64,000 bases of DNA from a virus (Duplodnaviria; Caudoviricetes): positions 5,185 through 69,184 of IMG/VR virus record IMGVR_UViG_3300049142_000092; one strand, written 5' to 3'. Below are positions 44,472-54,000 of this stretch, piece by piece; the stretch's first letter is position 1; every line of letters starts with the position of its first letter. The notes under the pieces are model-generated. The model searched no databases. It was given only the letters and a program-made list of their open reading frames with translations, and was not told the origin of the DNA. Made by a program: the position numbers and the translations under genes.

Positions 44472-45314
44472 TTAGGGGGCTAGCAGGTCAGGTCGGTACT
44501 GCCGCAGCAACTCGACGGCCCACTCGACCTTCTGCTCAACGCGCTGGCCTGCGGGCTGGGCGGAGCTCCACAGCTCGAGGTTTCCGGACCGGAACTCGAC
44601 GAGCGGACCGTCGGTGGAGTTGTCCGAGCGCTCGCCGTTGACGTGATGGACGGTCTCTGACTGCGCTAGTTGGCGCCCCAGGAGCTGCTCCATGAGGTAC
44701 CGATGCTCTGGAACCCATTGGCCAGACTCGACTTTGATGAGGACGTAGCCGTTATAGCCACGTCGACGCGTACCGACCGGAAGGGCGACTCCTCGCTTGT
44801 CTTCCCGCCCCATCATCGAGCAGCGACGTGAGCAATACCTCGTCTTCGGCTTCTTGTTGATCAGCGGTTCGCCACACTCTGCACAGGTCTTCGCTGGCAC
44901 TTGCTTGTTGCGCAGACGCAGCTCTCGGCCACACGCGTAGCTGCATGTCTTGGCCGAGCCCTTGAAAGGCGTGTCACACACAGGGCACGGCCGCGAAGCA
45001 CGATCCACGACGTACCAGCAGGCGCGAGAGCAGTACCTGCCAGCAGCCCCGTCCTTCACTAGGAATGACATACCGCATGTCTCGCAGGAGGCCTTGCCGA
45101 GGCGACACTCGTCGGAGCAGTAGACGTTCCGGTTGTACTTGGGCTGGAACGTCTGTCCGCATGCTCGACAGGGTTTCGGCTGTGGTCCGACCAGGCCGGT
45201 GGTGCCCCTTCGGTACTGCCGCATGTAGTGAACCTGGCAGTACCCCTTCCGGTCTGCCGGGGTGTCACACTCGCTCACACTGCACGTTGCGCCCATGGCT
45301 GGTGACATTACCAT
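44472..45314 (-). CDS. HNH homing endonuclease with repeated zinc fingers
   Basis: Four C..C...F...(Y)CS..C units; EHRYLMEQLLGR...VHHVNGERSDN...NLELW. Confidence 0.9.
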   Translation of the reverse strand: MVMSPAMGATCSVSECDTPADRKGYCQVHYMRQYRRGTTGLVGPQPKPCRACGQTFQPKYNRNVYCSDECRLGKASCETCGMSFLVKDGAAGRYCSRACWYVVDRASRPCPVCDTPFKGSAKTCSYACGRELRLRNKQVPAKTCAECGEPLINKKPKTRYCSRRCSMMGREDKRGVALPVGTRRRGYNGYVLIKVESGQWVPEHRYLMEQLLGRQLAQSETVHHVNGERSDNSTDGPLVEFRSGNLELWSSAQPAGQRVEQKVEWAVELLRQYRPDLLAP

Positions 45315-45332
45315 GAACGAGTCGAACGGGCC

Positions 45333-45767
45333 TTACAAACGGAAGACACGCAAACTCCCGTTATCGAAGCTGACCGTGATGTTTTGCCCGTTGGGGGTCA
45401 CGGGGAGCCCCGTGGCGGTGTCGATGTAGGCGATGAGCCGCTGCGCAGTCGCGGCCACGTCCGCACCCCCGCCCACGGCCGAGGACTGGAACAGAATGAT
45501 CGCCGGGATCGCCGCGCCAGCCGCGACGGACGAGAACACGACGTCGGCCGCGTCCGCCACACCGGCCGCGTTGGTCAGCGACGTGAGCGCGGCCGAGGTC
45601 GCGACCAGGGTGCCGCCCGCGCCGGTCACATCCGAGACGAACTTGTGGCTGGCGTCGAACGTGTAGCCGCGCACCAGCGCGGCCTTGATCGTGGATCCGC
45701 TGGCCTTCCAGACGATCTCGCCGCTGAGGAAGCCCTCACGGCCCGGATCGAAAAGCGATGACGCCAC
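45333..45767 (-). CDS. minor tail protein
   Basis: MASSLFDPGREGFLSGEI...GLPVTPNGQNITVSFD; sits in the tail operon. Confidence 0.75.
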   Translation of the reverse strand: MASSLFDPGREGFLSGEIVWKASGSTIKAALVRGYTFDASHKFVSDVTGAGGTLVATSAALTSLTNAAGVADAADVVFSSVAAGAAIPAIILFQSSAVGGGADVAATAQRLIAYIDTATGLPVTPNGQNITVSFDNGSLRVFRL

Positions 45768-45833
45768 GTGCTCCTCCTGGGGGCATGCGAAAGACCCGCG
45801 CCGGGGAGTCGTGCGCGGTACAGAGTGGACAGG

Positions 45834-47798
45834 TCAGGACGTGCGGTAACGCCGCTTGCCCGACACCTCGACGGTCATGGTTCCGCCGGTGGTGTGGGTC
45901 AGGATCGCGCCAAGCGGCTCGCTCGGGTCGATCTCGAACAGGCGCGGGCCGGGCGAGTAGGTGAGCCCGTCGAACCCGGGCGTCCAGGCCGCGCCGGAGG
46001 CCTGGTGGGTGAACCCGGTCCCGGTGTCGATCCCGAGCTGCCGGCCGGAGGCGATGACGCCGTTCCAGCCGACGTAACCGGTCGACGTGCTGAGCCGCGG
46101 GTTGTTCCCGGCATGGAACACCACCTGCAGTTCCGTGCACGGTGCGGTGGCGGCGGCGAACACGGACAGGTCGAGGAACCCGTTCGTGGGCAGCGCGACC
46201 GGGCCGGTGGTGACCGGGGTGATGTCGGTCCAGTGCCCGGCCGGGATCACGAACACGGTCCGGAACCGGCCGAACCAGGGCGAGCTCGGTGCACGGCTGG
46301 GGGTGATGGACTCACCCGGGGACAGATGGGCGAAGGCGCGTCGAATGGTGCCGTCCGGGCGCGCGTGGTCGATCACGACCTTGCGCCGGAAGAACCGCCG
46401 GACAATGTCGTCCCAGCGGGTGAACCACTCCTCCTGAGTGGAGGAACCGCCTGGGATCACTCCCGTGTCCGGGTCCAGGCCCTTTAGCCAGAGATCGAAC
46501 GTGATCCGCCCCAGGCTGTCAGCTCTACGCGGCTGGCCGAAGTCACCGAAGACCTGCAGTTCTCCGTCGCGCCCCGGCAGGGGAACGTTGTCCCCGACCG
46601 GGGCGGGCGTATCGAGGAGCCCCTCCGCGGTCTCGATACGGACCGCGTAGTTGCGCAGAGGGACGGCGTCGATGAAGTACTGGTCGGACTCGCTCGGGGT
46701 CGGAACGGGGATCTCGAGCAGCAGCGTCGGCCGACCGAACGCGGCCTCGGACACGACCCCGATGGTCTCAATGGTCTGTGGCGGGATCGGGTCGACCGTG
46801 ACCGCGGGAACCGGGAAGCTCTCGCCTGTGCCGACCCCGAGGACCAGGACGAGCTGAGAGCCGTCGGAGACCCCGACGAGCGGCGAACCGAAGCCCGTCG
46901 TGGAGTCGACCGCGACCGGCAGGACGGTCTGCTCTGTCGGTGCCGGCGCGGCAACGCCGGGATAGAGCCCGGTACCCGGATAGATCCCGGTGCCCGGGAA
47001 CAGTCCGACGCCGGGTGGCACGGTGACCGTGGGGGCGCCGAAGCCTCCCGCACTGGCGATGCCGACCGCGGTAACGGTCTGGGGCGTGGTGGCGACGTTG
47101 ACCGTCGGGGAACCGAACCCGGACGACGAGGAGATCCCGAACGGGGAGACCGCCAGCGGTGAGGGCTGCTGGATGACCAGCGACATCGTGACGTACGGCG
47201 CGCTGGCGGTACAGGTAGCGATCTTCGTGCCGGTCGTCCCGCTCGCGGCCAACGCCTGGTAGTAGACGCCGAGCAGTACATACCCGGACGTCGACAGGGT
47301 CGACTGCTTGGCCAGCGTCATCCCGCTCGGCGTGCCGCCCGCGTAGGAGCGGGTGGTGCCGTTGGTGCCCGCGATGTGCGCGGTGAGCAGAACTCCGTTC
47401 GCCGTCCCGGTCACCGAAGTGGCCGGGTGAGTAGTGGTGCTGCTCCCGTTCCCCCAGGTGGGGACGACCGCGAAGGGCTGCGACGGATCGAAGCCCCGCA
47501 GGGCAGCGATGACGACGTCCGCACCGGCCGCGGTGGAGTCGTTGAACTGGTACTGGGTCGGTTCGCTCGAGGTGGCGGTCTTGCGCCAGACCTTGACGAA
47601 CCCGACGTCGGACCGACTGGTGGAGTCGACCAGCGTCCAGCCGGTCGGGGCGGTCATCGCCGTCAGCGACCCGCGCCGGTCCGAGACGTGGATCGCCAGC
47701 AGCAGGTCCCCGGAGGCGATCCCGGTCGGCGGCACCGGCACCACCGGGTTGGTGGTGCCGCGGGCATCCTCGGAGGCTGCGACGAACGAGACCGCCAA
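45834..47798 (-). CDS. distal tail (Dit)-like protein with N-terminal accessory domain and repeats
   Basis: Directly after the TMP; N-terminal beta-rich domain, GIxSxxxFGxP repeats, C-terminal PGRDGE...RITFDLWL...F..P..W Dit-like region. Confidence 0.75.
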   Translation of the reverse strand: MAVSFVAASEDARGTTNPVVPVPPTGIASGDLLLAIHVSDRRGSLTAMTAPTGWTLVDSTSRSDVGFVKVWRKTATSSEPTQYQFNDSTAAGADVVIAALRGFDPSQPFAVVPTWGNGSSTTTHPATSVTGTANGVLLTAHIAGTNGTTRSYAGGTPSGMTLAKQSTLSTSGYVLLGVYYQALAASGTTGTKIATCTASAPYVTMSLVIQQPSPLAVSPFGISSSSGFGSPTVNVATTPQTVTAVGIASAGGFGAPTVTVPPGVGLFPGTGIYPGTGLYPGVAAPAPTEQTVLPVAVDSTTGFGSPLVGVSDGSQLVLVLGVGTGESFPVPAVTVDPIPPQTIETIGVVSEAAFGRPTLLLEIPVPTPSESDQYFIDAVPLRNYAVRIETAEGLLDTPAPVGDNVPLPGRDGELQVFGDFGQPRRADSLGRITFDLWLKGLDPDTGVIPGGSSTQEEWFTRWDDIVRRFFRRKVVIDHARPDGTIRRAFAHLSPGESITPSRAPSSPWFGRFRTVFVIPAGHWTDITPVTTGPVALPTNGFLDLSVFAAATAPCTELQVVFHAGNNPRLSTSTGYVGWNGVIASGRQLGIDTGTGFTHQASGAAWTPGFDGLTYSPGPRLFEIDPSEPLGAILTHTTGGTMTVEVSGKRRYRTS

Positions 47799-47825
47799 CG
47801 TGCTGCTCCCTCGTCGTCTGTGGGG

Positions 47826-50800
47826 TTAGAAGGCGCCGAGCTCGGACCGGACTCGGGCGGCCGACGCACGTGCAGTCGGATCCCCCGCATCTCCCCCTGG
47901 GCCGAGAGCGCGTCGCAGGGCGCGAAGTTCCTGCACGATCGCGGCGTTGTCACCGTGATGGTCGACGTCACCGCGCAGGGCGCGCAGGGCACTGACGATG
48001 CGCCCGTCGTCGAGGGAGACGCGGCTCGTCGAGCGCTGCGACACCGCCGAGCGCATCGAGGACAGCATCGCGCTCGAGGTGCCACCGGAGTTCGTCCCAC
48101 GGACATCGGCCATCCGAGGGACCAGATCGAAGCCCATCCGGCTGGCCGTGGTGGTCAGGATGGACTGCGATCGCGCACTCCGGTTTACCGGGATGAAGGC
48201 CTCGTCGCCCTGCATCCGGTCCCCGATGATCCGGGGCTGGCGGGCCGGCACTATCTCCGCCCGGGCCGCGGACATCGACCGCATGCCACCGTTCGCGTAC
48301 GCCGTCGCGTAGGCGCCCTCGGCGCGGGGCGTGGTGTACGCGCCCGCCGCGCGGGGTGGTGCCGCACCGGTGACGACGACGTTGATCGTGTGCGTGCTCG
48401 AGGTGTTCTGCTTGGCCTTGTCCTTCGCTGCCGTCACAGCAGAGTCGTTGCAGTTGATCGTGTGCATCGATGAGGTGGGCTCTTGAGCCCTGCTCTTCGC
48501 GTCGACGACAGCCTTGTCGTCGACGTTCAAGGTGTGCAGGCTCTGCGACGGCTGCTGGGCGGTCGTCTTGGCCGTCTGGACCGGTCCCGCATCGACGTTC
48601 ATGGTGTGGATGCTCGCGGTCGCGGTCTGGGCGGCAGCCTTCGCAGCGGTGACCGGGCCCGCATCGACGTTGATCGTGTGCGTGCTCGAGGTAGGCGCGG
48701 ACACTGCCGTCCTGGCGGCGTCCGCTGCAGCAGTGTTGGGCGTCAGGTTGACCGGCGCCTCGACCGGATTTCCCGCCTCGGTCCTCGCTGCGTCGGACGG
48801 CCCAGTGTTGGGCGTCAAGTTGACCGGTGCATCGACCGGCTGCCCGGCCGCGGTTCTCGCGGCATCCGCGGGGGCGGTAACGGCCTCGAACGTGACCGCA
48901 CCGGTGGTCTGGTCGACCTTGAGCTTGAACCCGGTCAAGTCCGCCTCGCCAGGCGCCGCATTGCCTAGGATCTGCAGAGTGCCCGTGGTGGCGTCGATCG
49001 CGTACTTGGTCTGGCCGATCGTCAGCATTACCGGCTGGTTGTCGGCGTTGAAGGTGACCGTGGCCTGCTGGCCGTTCGCGAACTGAATGACCTGGGTCAG
49101 CGTGTCGTTCACCCGCGTGGGATCGCCGACGAAGGTCACCGTGCCGACGTACTCCTGCGACACCAGATCGTTGACCGTGGCCTTGTACGACTCAATCTTT
49201 CCGGTCTCCGCGTTGGTCACGATCGTGACCGTCCGACCGTCCGGCAGCGTGAGAACCTCGGTCTTCAGCCCGGTCATCTGCGCGGACGCGGAGAGCGCGG
49301 CCAGGCCCGTGTTGTCCAGGTTGGACGCGAGCTTGACGAACGCGTCCCGTCCGGCGGCCGTGCCGTCGTTCAGCTTGAGCAACTCGCGGTTGTAGGTCTC
49401 CAGGCCCACCTTGGCCCGGGTGTTCGCGTCCACCCCCTTCAGCTGCGACTCGGCGGCCTTCTGCGCGGCCTGCGCCTGCTGCTCCTGCGAGCGCGCCAGG
49501 TCCAGAACCTTGGCTTTGTAGTCGTCGCTGTTCGCCCCGGACTTCTTCAGGGCATCGTTGGCGGTCTTGTGTGCCTCGCCGGTCCGCTTGACTGCGTCCT
49601 CGTAAGCGAGCGCAGTACCGATCTGGGTCTGCATCGACGACCCGAGGTCGCGGATGGCGTCCGCGTGGGTCTTGGCCGCGGACGCCGCCGTCTCCTGTTC
49701 GGCGGCGAGTCGGTCGTTGGCCGCGGTCAGGTCGCCAAGGGCTGAGTTGGCCTGCTGGCTGCTTGGACCGAACTGCTCCACGGCAGCTCGCCACACGTTC
49801 GCCGCCATGGCCGCGTCCAGCTGGGCCTGCTGTAGCGGGGTCATCGCCGCGCGGGCCTCGTCAGTGGACGAGGTGAACAGGTCCATGGCGCTGCCGACGG
49901 TGCGCAGTACAGCACCGAGCGGGCCGCCTGCGTTCTTCAGCGAGTCCATCGCGAAGGTCTGTGCCTGCAGACCGGCGGCCGCCTCCTGGGCCGCGGCACC
50001 GCCCGCGTCCATGGCGCGAGCGGCCTCGTCAGTGGACACCGTCAGGGCATCCCAGGCTGAGGCCAGGGCAACGACCGCCACCCCGACGATCGGCACTGCG
50101 GTACCGAGCGCGGAGAACGTCCGAGTGATCCCACTGACGGCACCGGCCGACGCGCCGAGTCTGCCCGCCAGCCCGCCGATCTTCGTGCCCAACCCGGTGA
50201 TCAGGGCATTGATCGGCTGCAGGCCCTTGAACGCCAACGCCATGGCGACCACGGCGCCGGGGATCGGGCCCAGTGCTCCCAGTAGTCCAACCAGGCCCGA
50301 CACGATCGGTCCGATTACGACGGAGACCGCAGAGAGTGCATTGGCCAGGGCGTCCACGACGCCGCCGGCCAACGTGCCCAGCGCGGGCAACAACGGGGCA
50401 ATCGCGGTCGCCATACTGGAGAACGCCTGTCCGGCCGCGACCAGCGCGCCCGTGTTGGCGAAGGCCTCGACCGCCTGCGCGGCGGCCTGTCCCAGTGCGG
50501 CCAGCCCGGGCATGATCGCGTCGATGGTGCGGCGGATCTCGGAGAAGACCGCGATCATCTGCCGCTGGCCCTCGGCGCTTCTGGCCCAGCGCTCCATCCC
50601 GCCGGTGAGCCGGTCCAGGGTGTCGAGCAGGCTCGCGCCGGCCTGGCGTTGAGCCGCGAAGACCGCGAGAAGAGTGCCGCCGACGTTCCCCGCGATCGAG
50701 CCGAGCGTCTTGAGTGTGTCGACGCCGCTCTGGATCCAGACCTTCAGTTCACCCGACCGACGTGCCTCGTCGATGAAGGTGCGGAACCGGCCGGTGGCCG

Positions 50801-52220
50801 CGGTCAGCTCACCGGCAAGTTCAGGCAGTAGTTCACTGCCGACCACGCCGATGTCCAGGAACGCCGCCGCCAAGTTCTGGGCGGCCGGGCGAGCGACCTG
50901 CAGGGCCGAGGTGATGTTGCGGAAGATCGCGTCAACGTTGCCAACGGTGCGCGCGCCGGTGGCGAACCCGACGAAGTCCTTCGCGATCAGGTTGAACTCG
51001 GTCGAGATCCCGCCCAGCCCGGACTTCAGGCTCGGCAGGTACGCCCCGGACAGCAGCTTGAACTGCTGGCCAAGACCGGCGAACAGCCGCTCCTGGACGT
51101 CGAGCCGGACCGAGTTCCAGGCCGGGGCAAGGCTGCGGACCGCGGTCGCGAACTCGCGCGCGGCCGGGGACAGCTTCTTGAGGGCCTCCGCGAACTTCTT
51201 CGCGTCATCGAGGTTCTTGAGTGCGTCCCCGACCCCGGACAGGCCGACCTTCAAGGTGGCCACAGCTGCAGCCGCGCCCAACAGAGCGCCCGGCAGGACG
51301 CCGATCGCACCGGACGCGGACAGGGCCGCCCCGCCGAGCGCAGCGATGACCGGAACCCCGCCCGCGAGCGCGACCGGAATCGACAGCAGCGCCAGCGCTC
51401 GGCCGAGTGCCGCAACCTTGACCAGGGCATCCGACCACGACTTGTCGACGTCGACCTTCACCCGGGCGGTCGAGGTGCGCCCGTTCAGTCGCGCGAGCTG
51501 CTGCTCGATCTGCTCGATCTGATGACGGGCGAGCGCAGTGTCCGCCTGGACGACCGGCGTCGGCTGCATCCGGGACAGCTCGGCCAGGCGAACGCGCAGT
51601 CGGGCGAGCTCCTCCATCGCCCGCTGGGTGTCGGCGTCGATCTCGATGTTGCCGTGAATGGAGCGAATCTCCCGGCGGACCTCCGCGAGCTCGCCGAGGA
51701 AGGTGCGCGAGTTCAGGTTGATGTTGACGTTGTTCGCGCTGCCCTGCAGACCCTGCAGAGCGGTCACCAGCAGCGCGACCGCGGCCATGGCAGCGCCGGC
51801 GTCGACGTCGACCTTGATCTTCAGCGGTGACAGGGCCTTGAGCTCGCGCATCTTCGTCGCAAGCAGGTTCAAGCGGGTGACGGAGCCACCGGTGTTGATC
51901 TCGACCTTGGCCGATGCGTCCGAGAGGGACGTCATCTTGGCCTTGAGTTGGTCGAGTTTGCGCTCGGCCTCGGTCAGGCCGTCGACCTTGACTTCGACCT
52001 TGGCCTTCGGGAGGTTCTTCGTCGCCTCGCGGACCTTGCGACGCATCTCCTTCAGGCCGGCGTCGACGTCCGACCCGTCGAACTTCGGCCTGATCTCGAC
52101 CTTCAGGCGGTCGAGGTCCTTGAGCTTGTGCTCCAGCCGCTCGGCCGCCTCGGCGACCTTGAGGAACGCCGCCGACGCCCGCTCGACGGCGCTGACGTCA
52201 AAGCGCATGGCCTGGGTCAT
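47826..52220 (-). CDS. tape measure protein
   Basis: 1464 aa, Ala/Gly-rich helical protein; C-terminal ANGG...DRMQGDEAFIP; 22-aa repeats near the C-terminus. Confidence 0.95.
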   Translation of the reverse strand: MTQAMRFDVSAVERASAAFLKVAEAAERLEHKLKDLDRLKVEIRPKFDGSDVDAGLKEMRRKVREATKNLPKAKVEVKVDGLTEAERKLDQLKAKMTSLSDASAKVEINTGGSVTRLNLLATKMRELKALSPLKIKVDVDAGAAMAAVALLVTALQGLQGSANNVNINLNSRTFLGELAEVRREIRSIHGNIEIDADTQRAMEELARLRVRLAELSRMQPTPVVQADTALARHQIEQIEQQLARLNGRTSTARVKVDVDKSWSDALVKVAALGRALALLSIPVALAGGVPVIAALGGAALSASGAIGVLPGALLGAAAAVATLKVGLSGVGDALKNLDDAKKFAEALKKLSPAAREFATAVRSLAPAWNSVRLDVQERLFAGLGQQFKLLSGAYLPSLKSGLGGISTEFNLIAKDFVGFATGARTVGNVDAIFRNITSALQVARPAAQNLAAAFLDIGVVGSELLPELAGELTAATGRFRTFIDEARRSGELKVWIQSGVDTLKTLGSIAGNVGGTLLAVFAAQRQAGASLLDTLDRLTGGMERWARSAEGQRQMIAVFSEIRRTIDAIMPGLAALGQAAAQAVEAFANTGALVAAGQAFSSMATAIAPLLPALGTLAGGVVDALANALSAVSVVIGPIVSGLVGLLGALGPIPGAVVAMALAFKGLQPINALITGLGTKIGGLAGRLGASAGAVSGITRTFSALGTAVPIVGVAVVALASAWDALTVSTDEAARAMDAGGAAAQEAAAGLQAQTFAMDSLKNAGGPLGAVLRTVGSAMDLFTSSTDEARAAMTPLQQAQLDAAMAANVWRAAVEQFGPSSQQANSALGDLTAANDRLAAEQETAASAAKTHADAIRDLGSSMQTQIGTALAYEDAVKRTGEAHKTANDALKKSGANSDDYKAKVLDLARSQEQQAQAAQKAAESQLKGVDANTRAKVGLETYNRELLKLNDGTAAGRDAFVKLASNLDNTGLAALSASAQMTGLKTEVLTLPDGRTVTIVTNAETGKIESYKATVNDLVSQEYVGTVTFVGDPTRVNDTLTQVIQFANGQQATVTFNADNQPVMLTIGQTKYAIDATTGTLQILGNAAPGEADLTGFKLKVDQTTGAVTFEAVTAPADAARTAAGQPVDAPVNLTPNTGPSDAARTEAGNPVEAPVNLTPNTAAADAARTAVSAPTSSTHTINVDAGPVTAAKAAAQTATASIHTMNVDAGPVQTAKTTAQQPSQSLHTLNVDDKAVVDAKSRAQEPTSSMHTINCNDSAVTAAKDKAKQNTSSTHTINVVVTGAAPPRAAGAYTTPRAEGAYATAYANGGMRSMSAARAEIVPARQPRIIGDRMQGDEAFIPVNRSARSQSILTTTASRMGFDLVPRMADVRGTNSGGTSSAMLSSMRSAVSQRSTSRVSLDDGRIVSALRALRGDVDHHGDNAAIVQELRALRRALGPGGDAGDPTARASAARVRSELGAF

Positions 52221-52271
52221 CGACGGTCACCCCCCAGGCGCGCGCATGAAGTTGTTGCAGGACGGGACAGG

Positions 52272-52649
52272 TCAGGCGACGGCGGGCTCGGGCTCGGGCT
52301 CCTTCTTCGCGGCCTTCTTCGACGCGACCTTCTGGGCGGGCTCCTCTGGGGCCTCGATCGGTTCCATTGACCCGAGCAGGGCGAACAGGTCGTTTTCGCC
52401 GTCGATCTGCTCGACGACCTCGTCCCAGGTGACCTTCTCCCCGGCCTGGCGCTTGGTGATGAGTACGAGCCCGATCAGCGCGCCGGGGTCGCCCATCGGC
52501 AGGCCCATGAACATCTCCAGGACCGTCATCCCGGCGTGCTGCTTGATCAGCAGGGCGTCGGCGGCCGAGATGTGGCCCTTGTACTCGTACGTCGTGCCGC
52601 CCAGCTCGAACCGGTACTGGGTGCGGTACTGCTTGCCGCGGTCTGCCAC
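52272..52649 (-). CDS. second tail-assembly-chaperone-like protein
   Basis: Immediately upstream of the TMP; F.LGG..YE...; Lys/Pro-rich tail. Confidence 0.55.
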   Translation of the reverse strand: MADRGKQYRTQYRFELGGTTYEYKGHISAADALLIKQHAGMTVLEMFMGLPMGDPGALIGLVLITKRQAGEKVTWDEVVEQIDGENDLFALLGSMEPIEAPEEPAQKVASKKAAKKEPEPEPAVA

Positions 52650-52656
52650 GTCTCCC

Positions 52657-53154
52657 CTATCCCATGATCTTGCGCGCAGTGATGGCCATCGCGCGCAGCA
52701 CCGCAGCTCGAAAGCGCGGCTCGGCGGCCCGGATGGTCACGAAGAACCACGGCCGCCCGATGTTCGTGCGCCACACCCGCCGGTTCCCGAACACGGGATG
52801 GCGCCAGCGGGGGGCCAGCTCGGTGTCCGAGAGCTTGGCCAGGCGGTGCCCGTACGGGCCCACCTGGGCGCCGTGCACCTCGAACCGGATCCCGACCCCC
52901 TGCGGCTCCACGGTCGTAGCCGCGGCCAGCCGGCCACGCAGATTGGTGGAGGTGTCCGGCGGGGCAGTACCGCCCCGCTCGGAGCCGACCTCCAGGCTCC
53001 GGACCGAGGTCTTGATCTGTGTCAGTACCGGACGCCCCTCGCGACGGATCCCGGTCGTCAGGTCGCGCTGCAGGCCACCCTCAGCGGCCGCTCGGAACCG
53101 CCTCGCCAACCGTCGCAGCTCGCCGGTGTTGCCCACTCGGATCCGGATCGTCAT
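52657..53154 (-). CDS. HK97 gp10-like neck/tail completion protein
   Basis: GELRRLARRFR...NLRGRL...WRHPVFG...RPWF. Confidence 0.7.
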   Translation of the reverse strand: MTIRIRVGNTGELRRLARRFRAAAEGGLQRDLTTGIRREGRPVLTQIKTSVRSLEVGSERGGTAPPDTSTNLRGRLAAATTVEPQGVGIRFEVHGAQVGPYGHRLAKLSDTELAPRWRHPVFGNRRVWRTNIGRPWFFVTIRAAEPRFRAAVLRAMAITARKIMG

Positions 53155-53506
53155 CGGTGGCCCCCGCTCGCGGCTTCAGCGTGATGCGCACCCCCCGGCC
53201 CTTGTCCTCCTTCGGGGCGGAGTCGTACGCCTCCTGGGCCTGTTCCAGGGCCGCGCAGCCCGCGCACCGGCTCTGCGCGGCCACGTACGCGTGCCGGTCA
53301 CCGCCCTTGCGCGGGTCCCACTCGTCCGGATGTGTGCCGCAGTCGCGGCAGAACTCAGCCCGGTAGGAGCGGTGCCAAATGGCCTTGTCGCGATCCTGAG
53401 CGGTCCACACCAGCGGGCCGCCGAGGAAGTGTGAGTGCGGAATGCGGTACTGCTGGCAAACGTCCAGCTCGAGCGCGAGCCGTGCGTCCGCCCTCAGTCT
53501 TTTCCC
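53081..53506 (-). CDS. tail assembly chaperone -1 frameshift extension (GT product 54000->53081)
   Basis: After slippage at G GGA AAA the -1 frame reads GKRLRADARLALELDVCQQYRIPHSHFLGG...W. Confidence 0.8.
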   Translation of the reverse strand, partial: GKRLRADARLALELDVCQQYRIPHSHFLGGPLVWTAQDRDKAIWHRSYRAEFCRDCGTHPDEWDPRKGGDRHAYVAAQSRCAGCAALEQAQEAYDSAPKEDKGRGVRITLKPRAGATDDDPDPSGQHRRAATVGEAVPSGR

Positions 53507-54000
53507 ACGTGCATGTCGATACGGCGGTCGTTGACCTGCAGGCAGGCCTGGTACAGGGCGACCAGCTCGCCGGACACGCCGGCGGACGCGGTCGTGGTCC
53601 AGTCGATCCAGTCCTTCTCGCTCATCCGCTCGGCCTCGGGCAGCTCCTGGCCGATGCACGCGGCCAGCAGGGCCGGCACGAAGGTGTCAGGGTTCCAGAC
53701 GAACCCGTCCTCGCGCTGCTTGTCGGTCGGCGGGTGCGCGCCGATCAGCTCGTCGTACTCGTTGGCCGCGACCGCGGATACGAGCAGGATCTCCTGGTAC
53801 TGCGCCAGGGCGGCCTTCGTCTCCGCCACCCGGGCGCGGATCTGCTCGAGGTCGGCGGTGCGGAACTCCGCGGTACGCAGGTCCCGCACCGCCTCCTCGT
53901 GTGCGGCGAACGCGGCGTCGGCCTCGGGGGAGAAATCGACCCGGATTGCCACCCGCGTGGGCGGGACACGACGACCGAGCAGACGCTCCCGCTGCGACAT
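53494..54000 (-). CDS. tail assembly chaperone
   Basis: Follows the major tail protein; YDELIGAHPPT...NPDTFVPALLAAC; slippery site at the 3' end. Confidence 0.85.
   Translation of the reverse strand: MSQRERLLGRRVPPTRVAIRVDFSPEADAAFAAHEEAVRDLRTAEFRTADLEQIRARVAETKAALAQYQEILLVSAVAANEYDELIGAHPPTDKQREDGFVWNPDTFVPALLAACIGQELPEAERMSEKDWIDWTTTASAGVSGELVALYQACLQVNDRRIDMHVGKD
53500..53506 (-). other. programmed -1 frameshift heptamer GGGAAAA
   Basis: In-frame G GGA AAA just before the TAC stop; open -1 frame downstream. Confidence 0.85.

Noticed and set aside
45762-45790. Third copy of the 36-bp repeat
   Set aside because: Only partial similarity (gccacgtg-ctcct...gggg), explained by a shared RBS + GTG GC start context seen at several late genes; it lacks TACTCT and a credible antisense ORF.
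48380-48870. Separate repeat element in the TMP gene
   Set aside because: The 22-aa repeats (PV.APVNLTPNT; HT.NVD) are in-frame protein repeats, normal for tape measure proteins.
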